The translations under genes were made by a program, and so were the position numbers. Shown here one piece after another: positions 20,132-29,597 of a DNA stretch of 64,000 nt. The stretch comes from a virus (Duplodnaviria > Caudoviricetes). Location of the stretch: positions 19,572 through 83,571 of IMG/VR virus record IMGVR_UViG_3300005805_000065; one strand, written 5' to 3'. The first letter of the stretch is position 1. Each line of letters starts with the position of its first letter. The notes beneath the pieces were generated by a model. That model ran no database searches and was not told the DNA's origin. It saw only the letters and a list, made by a program, of their open reading frames with translations.

Positions 20132-20495
20132 AATGATAAGCAAAAAAGTTTTTGATAAAAATAAAATTCAACATAGAGAAGTGGATATTTTGTGTTGGAA
20201 AGAATCAAACACGACACCATCGCATTATGAAAATTTTGAAGCTTTTTATATGATTAAAATGTATTTGATTAGTTATGATAGTGACAGAGAAATCAAAGTT
20301 AAATTTAATAACAAGTACAAGATAATCAAATATCTTGATATTGCTTTAAACGATAGAGATTGCTTTGTTATAAATGGCAGGCTTTATGGTAGTGAAGCTG
20401 ACCTTGAGGTTCTTAGTAAAGAAGCTCAAATTATTGATCCAATAATTGAACAAAAAAAACGAGATAGTTGGAAAGGATTTTTCAATGAAAAATGA
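20118..20495 (+). CDS. hypothetical protein
   Basis: Coupled ORF. Confidence 0.5.
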   Translation: MKGFKMISKKVFDKNKIQHREVDILCWKESNTTPSHYENFEAFYMIKMYLISYDSDREIKVKFNNKYKIIKYLDIALNDRDCFVINGRLYGSEADLEVLSKEAQIIDPIIEQKKRDSWKGFFNEK

Positions 20496-20673
20496 AGCAG
20501 AATGGAAAGAGTGGGAAGAATTGGGTAATCATTATTATCTGATTGGAAAACACAGAGAAGGGAATGAATGTTATGCCATTGCTGAAAAAATTCGTGGTAT
20601 GACAGATTCAGATAGAGCAATGATCATTGCAAAACTATGGGAAGCAAAAAAAGAAGGCAAATTTAATGAGTAA
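20485..20673 (+). CDS. hypothetical protein
   Basis: AAAGGA RBS, coupled ORF. Confidence 0.5.
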   Translation: MKNEAEWKEWEELGNHYYLIGKHREGNECYAIAEKIRGMTDSDRAMIIAKLWEAKKEGKFNE

Positions 20674-20926
20674 TGATTTTAATGAATGGATGTTTAAACA
20701 TAAAAAGATGATTGAAAAATTAACAAATAAAAACAATCAAAGCTCGATTCAAATTAAATGGAAAGGTGCAAAAGTGAATAATTATTACAAGAATTGGCAA
20801 TACAGTGACACCAAAGAAGTAATTGGAGTGCATGAATTAATACAGCCATATGATTGGGAATTGGATACAGAAATGAATGAAGACTTTGAACTCTGGAAAG
20901 AAGAACTAGGAGAAAACAATGACTGA
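20666..20926 (+). CDS. hypothetical protein
   Basis: Coupled ORF. Confidence 0.5.
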   Translation: MSNDFNEWMFKHKKMIEKLTNKNNQSSIQIKWKGAKVNNYYKNWQYSDTKEVIGVHELIQPYDWELDTEMNEDFELWKEELGENND

Positions 20927-21110
20927 AGCAAATATGATTGAATTGGTTGATCTTGTACAACAAGCTCTTGCACAAGAATCTGCAAATACAAAAGTTGTGA
21001 TGCAAATACTGAATGAACTGCAAAAAGTTAATTCAGCATTGGCAGATCGAGTGGAAACACTTGAAAAACAAGTTATTACAATTATTACCACCATCAGGGA
21101 GAACCAGTAA
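20919..21110 (+). CDS. small coiled-coil protein
   Basis: AGGAG RBS. Confidence 0.55.
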   Translation: MTEANMIELVDLVQQALAQESANTKVVMQILNELQKVNSALADRVETLEKQVITIITTIRENQ

Positions 21111-21490
21111 TGAAAAATCACTACAACGTGTTTAAAACAACATATGACGGTCAATATCTAATAATGCAAGAAAAAGCATGGCTCTTTCAAAATGAAAGAG
21201 AAAATGATGGCTTTACACCAAGACCAGTGCCAGACAAATTTTTTGAATATGTATTTCTTGGCACTATTAAAGAATATCTGAATACAGATTACAACATTAC
21301 ACAGTATAAGTGGAATGCAAATAATCGAGACAATACAAAATTTATTCGTAAATGGAAATTTGCAATTCAAATGATTTATCCATATATTGGTTCAGACGAT
21401 AGAAAACTTGGAAAACACGTAATCTCATTGTATTTAGTTGGCAATGATGATGAAGTTTTTCAATATCGTAGAATCTGGGAAGAATTGTAA
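21110..21490 (+). CDS. hypothetical protein
   Basis: Coupled ORF. Confidence 0.5.
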   Translation: MKNHYNVFKTTYDGQYLIMQEKAWLFQNERENDGFTPRPVPDKFFEYVFLGTIKEYLNTDYNITQYKWNANNRDNTKFIRKWKFAIQMIYPYIGSDDRKLGKHVISLYLVGNDDEVFQYRRIWEEL

Positions 21491-21708
21491 ATAGAATAGA
21501 AATAGGCTAGCCTAACTCCTTTCTTCAGGTGAAGGGAAATATGTATGATTGTAACAAATCATATTAAAGTATAGTTACATTATTATAACTATATCTATAA
21601 GCTTTTATTCGTTCAGGTTGTGCTTATAGATGAAGACACGGGTACAAATGTTTCCCGCCTATTTCTATTGTATTAACAATAACCACAAGTAAAAACAAGG
21701 AGAAAGCA

Positions 21709-22125
21709 ATGCCCACAGATTATTTAGAATTTGACACAGTTCCTAGTAGTGAACCTTGTGTACAAACTCTTGATGAAAATTACCGGAACTTAGCAATTTT
21801 AGAAGCTGATGTATTGATTGATCAATTGAAGCGAACATACCCACAAGCACACCCACTTGGTATTGATTTTAAAAGAACATATAACAATCATGATTTTGGG
21901 CAATACATAGGAATTAAAATAATCTTTAACACAGATATTCCAGACCATGATCTTGTTTATGATATTGATAAAAACTTTCCTGAATACTGGGATGAGATTT
22001 CAATATCTCGATTGTGGCAATCAAAAGAATATTCTCATATTATGCAACAACGTGAAGATGAGAAAAACAATGGCGTTGAAGCAACAGATAGAATAGCATT
22101 TAACCAACTAGCAAGGGGGTATTAA
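21709..22125 (+). CDS. hypothetical phage protein
   Basis: AAGGAG RBS after 220-bp intergenic region. Confidence 0.65.
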   Translation: MPTDYLEFDTVPSSEPCVQTLDENYRNLAILEADVLIDQLKRTYPQAHPLGIDFKRTYNNHDFGQYIGIKIIFNTDIPDHDLVYDIDKNFPEYWDEISISRLWQSKEYSHIMQQREDEKNNGVEATDRIAFNQLARGY

Positions 22126-22127
22126 TA

Positions 22128-22616
22128 ATGGATCCTAAATTGGAAGATCTAAAAGAACAAATTATGAATTTTGACCATACATACGAAATGTCAGATGATA
22201 GTGGAGTATGGCGACAAGGCAGGAAAGAAGAAGAAGCAATTGTAGAAGTAACTAAAAATCTTTCTATTGCTGATAAAGAAAGACTTCTTGCTGCATGTAA
22301 ATTAGAATACAATTCATGGGATCCTAAAAATGATTTTGTAAACTATCCGCACAAAATTATTCAAAATAAAATTATTACATTGTGTGGATTTTCATTTAAA
22401 ACCTATCACAATCTAGATGAACTACCTGAAGAGTATATGGAAAGATTTATTGAAAGAACTTTCGATAGACTGACAGATAGTGGACATTTGCATTTATTTG
22501 ATGGTCCAATGGAAGATCACCCAAGATATGAATGGGTTTGTGAAATAGCAGCAGAAAATTTTAAAGAAAAATATGCAGGAACTGGATTCACAGATAATGG
22601 GAGGCAAAGTGTTTGA
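22128..22616 (+). CDS. hypothetical protein
   Basis: AAGGGG RBS. Confidence 0.6.
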   Translation: MDPKLEDLKEQIMNFDHTYEMSDDSGVWRQGRKEEEAIVEVTKNLSIADKERLLAACKLEYNSWDPKNDFVNYPHKIIQNKIITLCGFSFKTYHNLDELPEEYMERFIERTFDRLTDSGHLHLFDGPMEDHPRYEWVCEIAAENFKEKYAGTGFTDNGRQSV

Positions 22617-22704
22617 ATCATTTATGGTGTTAGTAATTGTTATTATTGCCGGCTTGATGGCTGGAATAGCAATGAAAAGTTTAACAATAAAAGATGAGGA
22701 ATAA
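22609..22704 (+). CDS. 31-aa membrane peptide
   Basis: GGGAGG RBS, GTG start, one hydrophobic helix. Confidence 0.55.
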   Translation: MFESFMVLVIVIIAGLMAGIAMKSLTIKDEE

Positions 22705-22705
22705 T

Positions 22706-22915
22706 ATGACTATAACAGAATCACAAGCTTTATTGAAAATAATGAAAGCAGTAGCAACACCTGGTGAACTAGCAACTGATGGTGAATGTTTAGATGAAAT
22801 CATCTTCATTCTTGAAGAGCTAGGTATGCCAGTTCAACAAGAAATTAATAAAGCAAGAGCGCAATATGATGATGGTACATATACAGTTGAAAATGACACG
22901 GAAGGTGATAAATAA
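22706..22915 (+). CDS. hypothetical protein
   Basis: GAGG RBS. Confidence 0.55.
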   Translation: MTITESQALLKIMKAVATPGELATDGECLDEIIFILEELGMPVQQEINKARAQYDDGTYTVENDTEGDK

Positions 22916-23391
22916 TGCCATTAACATGGAATATTGGTGAAATTGCAATGTATAAAGATGATACAAGTATCGCATACATTGAAAGAGAAGAAGGCGGTCA
23001 AAAATACTACGACCTAGTTCCAGTAACTAAAACATTTATATTCTGGGGTGGAGCTGTTGCTATTGGTGAAATCAAAGAAAGCAATGCTGCTGAATATTAT
23101 GGTCGTTCTAAAGCCATTGAAGAAATTACTGGTCGATCATTTATGGAAGAATGGAAGAAAGATGAAAATGGCAATTGGCAACCATTTGATTTGTTTATGA
23201 CAATGGATGATGTGAAAAGCCATATTGGTCTTTCAACAAATCATAGCACAAGAACACTTTCTGAATGGGTTAATAACTTCATTAGAAATAATAAGAGTGT
23301 TTCGCCAGAAGCGAAATCAGTAAAAGCAATAGTTAATTATCACATTTATCAATATAATAGATGGGATGGTAAATATGAAACAATTGAGTAA
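22915..23391 (+). CDS. hypothetical protein
   Basis: Coupled ORF. Confidence 0.6.
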   Translation: MPLTWNIGEIAMYKDDTSIAYIEREEGGQKYYDLVPVTKTFIFWGGAVAIGEIKESNAAEYYGRSKAIEEITGRSFMEEWKKDENGNWQPFDLFMTMDDVKSHIGLSTNHSTRTLSEWVNNFIRNNKSVSPEAKSVKAIVNYHIYQYNRWDGKYETIE

Positions 23392-23728
23392 ATTAAGAAC
23401 AAATCATCAAGTTATTGAATATGTTCGTGATAACTTGATTAAACAAGGAAAACAAAGCCGATCGAGCTATAATGGAAACTGCAAGTATCGTGGTGGTGAA
23501 GATTACGATTTAAAGTGCGCTATTGGTTGGCTTATAGACGATAAATGGTATCAAGCATCTTTTGAAGATAAAAAAATAACTGATCTTAGAGTGCTTAGTG
23601 CTGTTGAAAAATCAGTTCCACATTGGAAAATTGATATGGAGTTATTGCAGCAATTTCAACATATTCATGATCATTTTGAGCCAAATCAATGGGAGTGGCA
23701 ATTCAGTAGATTGATGGTGGGGTACTAA
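23375..23728 (+). CDS. hypothetical protein, paralogue of 37255-37896 N-terminus
   Basis: YV..NLIKQG..S...CAIGWLI motif. Confidence 0.6.
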   Translation: MKQLSKLRTNHQVIEYVRDNLIKQGKQSRSSYNGNCKYRGGEDYDLKCAIGWLIDDKWYQASFEDKKITDLRVLSAVEKSVPHWKIDMELLQQFQHIHDHFEPNQWEWQFSRLMVGY

Positions 23729-23729
23729 T

Positions 23730-24092
23730 ATGACAGAAGTAAACGCATACCCAATGAAATTTAGATGGTTTGACATCAATAAAGCAGATGAAACAGGTGT
23801 GACTGTTTTACACGATTGGGTTAAAACCTACGATTTTCAAAAAGAAGATAGTCCAATTGGATCATTTACAAATAGAATTGTAACTATTTATGTTTGGTCA
23901 GCAAGTGGGTATGATCAAAAAGAAAATCGTACATATGGTGGAATGTTTTCTTATGCTGAAGTATGGTGTGAAGAAATTAATGAAGTAAGATGTGAGCAAT
24001 TTTTTGGTGAAACATCAGAAGATGATGCCTTTAGATGGGCAAGTGATAAAGCTAATCAAATGTTATACAACAACAACAAGGAGAAAAAATGA
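23730..24092 (+). CDS. hypothetical protein
   Basis: Coupled ORF. Confidence 0.55.
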   Translation: MTEVNAYPMKFRWFDINKADETGVTVLHDWVKTYDFQKEDSPIGSFTNRIVTIYVWSASGYDQKENRTYGGMFSYAEVWCEEINEVRCEQFFGETSEDDAFRWASDKANQMLYNNNKEKK

Positions 24093-24544
24093 ATACGTTA
24101 TATCCAGAAGAATTGTTTGAACAAATTGCAAAAAATGTTCATGCTGATGTTAATGAAATGAGAGAAGATAAAGCAGCATCATTGATTGGCATTAAAATGT
24201 CAGATGAGGGTGTTGATTACGAAATTATTCGCACAAATGGTGACATATACAATTTGCTTGACAGCAGGACTACATTGAATAAAGCAAAAGAAGGTCAATA
24301 TCATTTGCTTGCTGTATTGACTGCCGGTTGGGCAGCCCCAAATGATGATCTTGATGTTGCACCATCTAATCATCCTGAAAGAAAGCGAGTTAGGATGACA
24401 TTGGTTGGCAATAGTGCAATTCAATATGGATCAATATTAACAGTAGATGGTGAGCCAGAAGATATGTACGATAATATGAAAGCAAGTGGTTCTTTGGCTG
24501 TGGCATTTACAGACTTTATGGAAAGATGGAGAAACAATGACTAA
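24089..24544 (+). CDS. hypothetical protein
   Basis: AAGGAG RBS. Confidence 0.6.
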   Translation: MNTLYPEELFEQIAKNVHADVNEMREDKAASLIGIKMSDEGVDYEIIRTNGDIYNLLDSRTTLNKAKEGQYHLLAVLTAGWAAPNDDLDVAPSNHPERKRVRMTLVGNSAIQYGSILTVDGEPEDMYDNMKASGSLAVAFTDFMERWRNND

Positions 24545-24971
24545 GTTTGTCTTTACAGAAAATCTTATAAAGTGCGCTAGTGATGCAATTAAAGAACCAG
24601 AAGACTTTGGTTATTGGGGTCCAAAAGATACATTTGTGACTTGGGGTTTTTGTGGATTTGATAAACACAGAGATTCTGAAGCAATAGACAGATCAAATTT
24701 TAGAGTTATTTCTGAAAATTTGATGGAGAAATACCCTAATGATTTTCGTATAGAAACATATAGCCATTGGGCTGTAGGAAGTGTTGATCGATTACTATGT
24801 CGTGTTTTAAAAGACAAAGAACCCGGCGTAGTAATTGATAACATCACTGAAGCTTTTAAAGCAGCAATGGTGTGGCAGGATAAGCTACAAGAATATCCTA
24901 TTGCTGATGAAGAAGACTGGATGGAACTAGAAAGTCTAGAAAATAATTATGAGGAATTAGAAAATGACTAG
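24537..24971 (+). CDS. hypothetical protein
   Basis: GGAG RBS, coupled ORF. Confidence 0.6.
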   Translation: MTKFVFTENLIKCASDAIKEPEDFGYWGPKDTFVTWGFCGFDKHRDSEAIDRSNFRVISENLMEKYPNDFRIETYSHWAVGSVDRLLCRVLKDKEPGVVIDNITEAFKAAMVWQDKLQEYPIADEEDWMELESLENNYEELEND

Positions 24972-25326
24972 AAATAGAAAAAGAATGTCAAAAACATTTG
25001 ATGACGTTGTTATTCATAAAGCACATTATGACTACAACGCAGCAAAAAATGTTGGCAAGTTAGTGGTTGAATATCAAAGTGGTATTCAATATCACTATAG
25101 CAATGTAGAATCAAATTCAGTAAAAGCATTGTTTGAACATAATGAACAGTATGCCTTTACAGCCCACAATAAATATATTGACAGTAAATATTCAGATAAA
25201 AAAACTGTTTATACAAAAAAGTGGAAAGATACTATTGCTGAAGAAAGACGGAAACAGTATTTAGCAAAAAATAATGCAGCCAGAAAAGCCAGAAAACAAA
25301 AAGAAAGAGAGTTAGCTAATGCCTAA
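24964..25326 (+). CDS. hypothetical protein (KTSC-like central motif possible)
   Basis: LVVEYQSGIQYHYSNV resembles the KTSC L.V.F..G..Y.Y..V pattern. Confidence 0.5.
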   Translation: MTRNRKRMSKTFDDVVIHKAHYDYNAAKNVGKLVVEYQSGIQYHYSNVESNSVKALFEHNEQYAFTAHNKYIDSKYSDKKTVYTKKWKDTIAEERRKQYLAKNNAARKARKQKERELANA

Positions 25327-25843
25327 TTGGTGCGTTAATACACTTACTATTCGTGGAAGCAAAAAAGATCTTCTGTCTTTTAAGAAAAAGTTAGAAGATA
25401 GCAAAGGAAAAGACAAAACTGTTTGTTTGTTTAAAACATTTGTCCCAGTTCCAGAAGAATTGGAAAATACAACATCTCCCAATAGAGATGAAAAGCAGGC
25501 AAAATATCTTAAAGAAAAATATGGTTATACCGATTGGTATGATTGGCAAAATGCTAATTGGGGAATCAAATGGGGTTGCTCTGATGCAAGATGGTCTGAT
25601 GAAAAACCAATGAAATCACGGAATAATAAATTGTTTGATTTAGTTTTACATTATGAAACTCCGTGGGCTCCAGGTAGTGATTGTCTTAAAGAAATATTTA
25701 TATTAAACAACAATTTATCATTCTTTCTTGAATATGAAGAAGAAGGAATGGGTTTTAGAGGTAATCTCTTTGTGAGAAATGGTGAAGTAGAGCTAGAAGA
25801 ATACACAGAATATATTCAAAACGACATAGATGGAGTATGGTGA
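25319..25843 (+). CDS. DUF1281/YubB ferredoxin-like domain protein
   Basis: MPNWCVN.L.I.G, WYDWQNANWGIKW, YETPWAP. Confidence 0.7.
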   Translation: MPNWCVNTLTIRGSKKDLLSFKKKLEDSKGKDKTVCLFKTFVPVPEELENTTSPNRDEKQAKYLKEKYGYTDWYDWQNANWGIKWGCSDARWSDEKPMKSRNNKLFDLVLHYETPWAPGSDCLKEIFILNNNLSFFLEYEEEGMGFRGNLFVRNGEVELEEYTEYIQNDIDGVW

Positions 25844-25846
25844 ATT

Positions 25847-26350
25847 ATGGGTTTAGATAACATTCCAAATGTATATCCATGCCAGAAAAAAGGCGGGGTG
25901 ATACTTGATAAAGATGGAAGAATTGATTGCGATAAAACAATCAATGCCGGCAGTTGTCCATGGAAACAAGAGTATGAATCAAACGTAATGGTTTCTAAAT
26001 CAAAACCAACATACGGAATGCTAGGAACACACTGTTGGTATCGTGGAAAATATGGCAATGCCTTGATTAGATTATTTGAGCACGGAGATTTTGATCCATA
26101 TGGTGATACAACATATTCATTCTATGGAGAAGGCTTTGTTACTGGCGAAGAAGGTATGTCTCCTGAATATTGTATTGAAATGTCAAAGTGGATGGCAGAA
26201 AATACAGAAAATTTTGCTGAGAAAGCATATGCTTACGCAGCATCAAATTCAGATTGTGATCCAAAACAATTAATTGCCGACTGGATATATGCATCTTGGT
26301 GGTTAAGTTTTGTTTCAGAAAATGCTAATGGCTCAAAGATTTGGTACTAA
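25847..26350 (+). CDS. hypothetical protein (MGLD start family)
   Basis: MGLD...CWYRGKY...WW. Confidence 0.6.
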   Translation: MGLDNIPNVYPCQKKGGVILDKDGRIDCDKTINAGSCPWKQEYESNVMVSKSKPTYGMLGTHCWYRGKYGNALIRLFEHGDFDPYGDTTYSFYGEGFVTGEEGMSPEYCIEMSKWMAENTENFAEKAYAYAASNSDCDPKQLIADWIYASWWLSFVSENANGSKIWY

Positions 26351-26358
26351 AGGAAAAA

Positions 26359-26730
26359 ATGTATAACAAAAAAGATATTGAGAATGCAAGTGTAGAAAAC
26401 AAAATCCCTGATGGTATGTCTGACGAAACAGATTTCGTCAACACATTACAAGAAGTGGCTAGTTTGCTTAAATCTACAGATTTTACAACACCAACTGGTC
26501 GAACAGTCCTTGGACTTAATTTGATCAATTTAGCTTGTAATGAAAATGAAGAGATTGATGTGAATAAAGCAGTTAATGTAATTATATCAATGTCATCGCA
26601 CGTCGCACAACTAATTAACTCTCTATCAAGTATGGAGGGTATAGACATCAAGAAGTATTTTGAAAGCTATCAAATTACATTTCTTGATCCACTAGTAGAA
26701 AAGCCGGTGATTCCTTATTATGAACAGTAA
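26359..26730 (+). CDS. hypothetical protein
   Basis: AAGGA RBS. Confidence 0.55.
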   Translation: MYNKKDIENASVENKIPDGMSDETDFVNTLQEVASLLKSTDFTTPTGRTVLGLNLINLACNENEEIDVNKAVNVIISMSSHVAQLINSLSSMEGIDIKKYFESYQITFLDPLVEKPVIPYYEQ

Positions 26731-27070
26731 GGTATTTAGTCCAATTAAAGAAGTATGGCGTGACAAAGCTGCTTGTAAAGGTGTATCAATTGATACATTC
26801 TATTTTGAGTCAACTGAAGAAAATAGAAACTTGAAAAAGGAGACAGAAAAGGCTAAGGCTTTTTGTAAAGAATGCCCTGTTGCTGAGCAATGCTTGGCTT
26901 ATGCTTTAAACGAAGATATTAGGTTCGGAGTATGGGGTGGTTTTACATCAAGAGAACGCGGATCATTACGCAAAATGTTTAGAACAGACGACTACAAAGC
27001 AGTTGCTAGTAAAGTTGTAAATAAAACTATGCATATGATCAGGTACAAGCTTCAGAAAAATGAGCTCTAA
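26720..27070 (+). CDS. whiB: WhiB-family transcription factor
   Basis: WRDKAAC...AKAFCKECPVAEQCLAYAL...FGVWGGFTSRER. Confidence 0.93.
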   Translation: MNSKVFSPIKEVWRDKAACKGVSIDTFYFESTEENRNLKKETEKAKAFCKECPVAEQCLAYALNEDIRFGVWGGFTSRERGSLRKMFRTDDYKAVASKVVNKTMHMIRYKLQKNEL

Positions 27071-27279
27071 TGGCATACAATGTTAAGTCTAAAGGTATAT
27101 CCTATACAGCTAAATATTGGTTTGCTCGTGGATATGCAGATTGTATGAATAATATTGATAATCCACCTAGTATTGAAATGCAAGAATACTTTTTGGAAAC
27201 TTTAAAAGTAAATGTAATAGATGAATACAATCATGGCAAAAAAGTTGCCGAAAGAGACAAAGTAAACCGTGGAGGTTAA
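27070..27279 (+). CDS. hypothetical protein
   Basis: Coupled ORF. Confidence 0.55.
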   Translation: MAYNVKSKGISYTAKYWFARGYADCMNNIDNPPSIEMQEYFLETLKVNVIDEYNHGKKVAERDKVNRGG

Positions 27280-27280
27280 T

Positions 27281-28246
27281 ATGAAAAATAAGCAAGTATC
27301 AAACAACAACAACAAGGAGAAAGTAGTGAAAAATAAAACTACCTCTAATCAATTAACAGCAAAGCAAGCCAGAAAGGATTTGAATGTAGCAATTGCTACT
27401 AAACACGAATCCCTCGGTGCAAACTTTGATATTGGACACATTTCAAAGATGTCTTCTTTGATTAAAGTTTCTGATATGTTTGTTGATTACACCTATCAGC
27501 GTGAACCGTTGAAGGCAAAAATCAACCGTATTGTAAAGAGTTTTGACCCAGATTTGCTTGGTGTAATCACTTGCTCAATGCGTGAAGATAATACATTGGC
27601 AATTATTGATGGTAGCCATAGGTATCATGCATTGATTGCTATGGGAATGAAAAACACAAATGTAAACGCTCTCGTTTACTTTGGTCTATCAATTGAAGAT
27701 GAAGCGCGTATTTTTGCGTTGACTAATAAAGAACACACAAAACCAACGCCGGCACAAATCTTTAAAGCAGGAGTTGTTTCTGGAGATAAATCTGCAATTG
27801 CAATTGATACAATTGTTGATAAAGTTGGTGCTAAAATCCATTTCTCACCTGGCGCTGATAATATTAGATGTGTCGGCACTTTGCGAAAAGTTTACACAAA
27901 TGCCGGTGGAAATGTGCTGGCTAAGACACTAGAAACACTTAAAGCCGCGTACCCAAATAATGAAGAAATGTACAGTGGTCAAATGATTTCAGCAATTGCT
28001 TGCATCTATAATCGATACGGTAAGAAAGTAGATCAACAACGATTGATTGAGACATTAACAAAGATTGGCAACCCTTCAATAGTCATTGCTCAGGCAAAGG
28101 CTATGATTAGCAGTGGTACAGTCGTTACTTTCACTTCATTGCCATATCTTATTGTTAGCCGATACAATGTGAAATTGAAGACTAATCGCCTTACTGATTT
28201 CCCAATGAATTTGGTTGCTCAACAAGTATGGACAAGCAAAGGTTAA
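27281..28246 (+). CDS. ParB/Srx-like N-terminal domain protein (DUF6551-like)
   Basis: VDYTYQR...FDPDLLGVI...IIDGSHR; GGAGG RBS. Confidence 0.75.
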   Translation: MKNKQVSNNNNKEKVVKNKTTSNQLTAKQARKDLNVAIATKHESLGANFDIGHISKMSSLIKVSDMFVDYTYQREPLKAKINRIVKSFDPDLLGVITCSMREDNTLAIIDGSHRYHALIAMGMKNTNVNALVYFGLSIEDEARIFALTNKEHTKPTPAQIFKAGVVSGDKSAIAIDTIVDKVGAKIHFSPGADNIRCVGTLRKVYTNAGGNVLAKTLETLKAAYPNNEEMYSGQMISAIACIYNRYGKKVDQQRLIETLTKIGNPSIVIAQAKAMISSGTVVTFTSLPYLIVSRYNVKLKTNRLTDFPMNLVAQQVWTSKG

Positions 28247-28256
28247 GGAGCCTTCT

Positions 28257-28733
28257 ATGACAGACCAAAAGACATGCCAGGATCTAATCCAAGAAATGTT
28301 TGAATCTCGCAATAAAATGATTAAAGATATGACAGCGATGATTAATGGCGAATTCGAACAAATGGTTAGCGAGGCTGTAGAGGAATTTATTGAAAAAGTA
28401 ACTACTGCTAGTGGCGAAGAGCCTAGTGAAGATGAAGTAAATAGATTCATTGAAGAGCTACATAAAAACTGTGAATATACAGAAACCAGTCTTGATGAGT
28501 TGCCAATTGGTGTAAGCGTACAAAAGGTAATTAAAGTCCAATTGAGTTGGGGTGGACCTGCTGATTATATAGAGATATATGTATCAGGTTATCCCGAACA
28601 AGAAGGAATTGACAAAGTTGTATATCACTACCAAGACTGGTTTGATGGCGCGTCAATGATAGTTCCAGAGAATTCAGATATGTTTGAATATGCCGAATGG
28701 TTTATCGATATGTACGGTCATGAATATAGGTAA
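28257..28733 (+). CDS. hypothetical phage protein
   Basis: QLSWGGP...YHYQDWFDGA; AAGGAG RBS. Confidence 0.65.
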   Translation: MTDQKTCQDLIQEMFESRNKMIKDMTAMINGEFEQMVSEAVEEFIEKVTTASGEEPSEDEVNRFIEELHKNCEYTETSLDELPIGVSVQKVIKVQLSWGGPADYIEIYVSGYPEQEGIDKVVYHYQDWFDGASMIVPENSDMFEYAEWFIDMYGHEYR

Positions 28734-28886
28734 TGTGTCTTGAGATATATACTCAACTTGGTAAGCAAATACAAAAGAAACGGCGTAGTGCGATTAGCAC
28801 AGGAGAAAACAGTGCAATACATTGAAAGAACAGAAATAGCAGGAAACGCAATACCAGACAACAACAAACATCCGGAGGATAATATT

Positions 28887-29588
28887 ATGGAAGCAAATAG
28901 CAATTTAACAGTCACGATTCCAATGAAATCAGTCATGGAGGCTTTGGCAAAAGATGATGCAGTAGTAACTGTGATCTATGACAAAATGAAAAACGATGTT
29001 AAATCGCTTGTCAATAGCAATTTGACAGACGGTATTGAAAGCGCCATTGATGATAAGATGACTGATTTTGTTAAAGAAGATGATATTTGGGACAAAATTC
29101 AGTATGATGTCGAGCAGGCAATTGAAGATGCAAAGCCATCGGGAGTTACTGAAGATTGGATTGAGTCTAATCTTGACTCGTATGTAGGACAAAACCCAGA
29201 CAATCTTTGTTCACTTGGTAGATCGGTTTGGAATGCTATTTGCCACACAATTGGCAGTGATATTTCACTTCATTTAGATAAAGTTAAAAATGGCAGTGTT
29301 GATTTCAATAAGCTGACTGGCTTGGACACAGCTGTAATTGATTTAGTTAAGCTAATCACAGTCGTATCTGAAAATGTTACCAAGAAAGTCATTGAAGAAG
29401 AAAAGCAAAAGTATCTTGCTAATCGTGAGCAATATCTGGCTGATGGGCAAGCAGTTTATGGAATGAATCCAGAATTTAGTGTTTCGGACATTCGTGAATT
29501 TATTGATAGACTCGATATTCCTTCTTCAACAAAAGCTTATCTTCAGAATGAATTTATCAATACAACAAAGCAATTACGCTCTAAGTAA
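28887..29588 (+). CDS. hypothetical protein
   Basis: GGAGG RBS before MEANS. Confidence 0.6.
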   Translation: MEANSNLTVTIPMKSVMEALAKDDAVVTVIYDKMKNDVKSLVNSNLTDGIESAIDDKMTDFVKEDDIWDKIQYDVEQAIEDAKPSGVTEDWIESNLDSYVGQNPDNLCSLGRSVWNAICHTIGSDISLHLDKVKNGSVDFNKLTGLDTAVIDLVKLITVVSENVTKKVIEEEKQKYLANREQYLADGQAVYGMNPEFSVSDIREFIDRLDIPSSTKAYLQNEFINTTKQLRSK

Positions 29589-29597
29589 AGGAGATAT

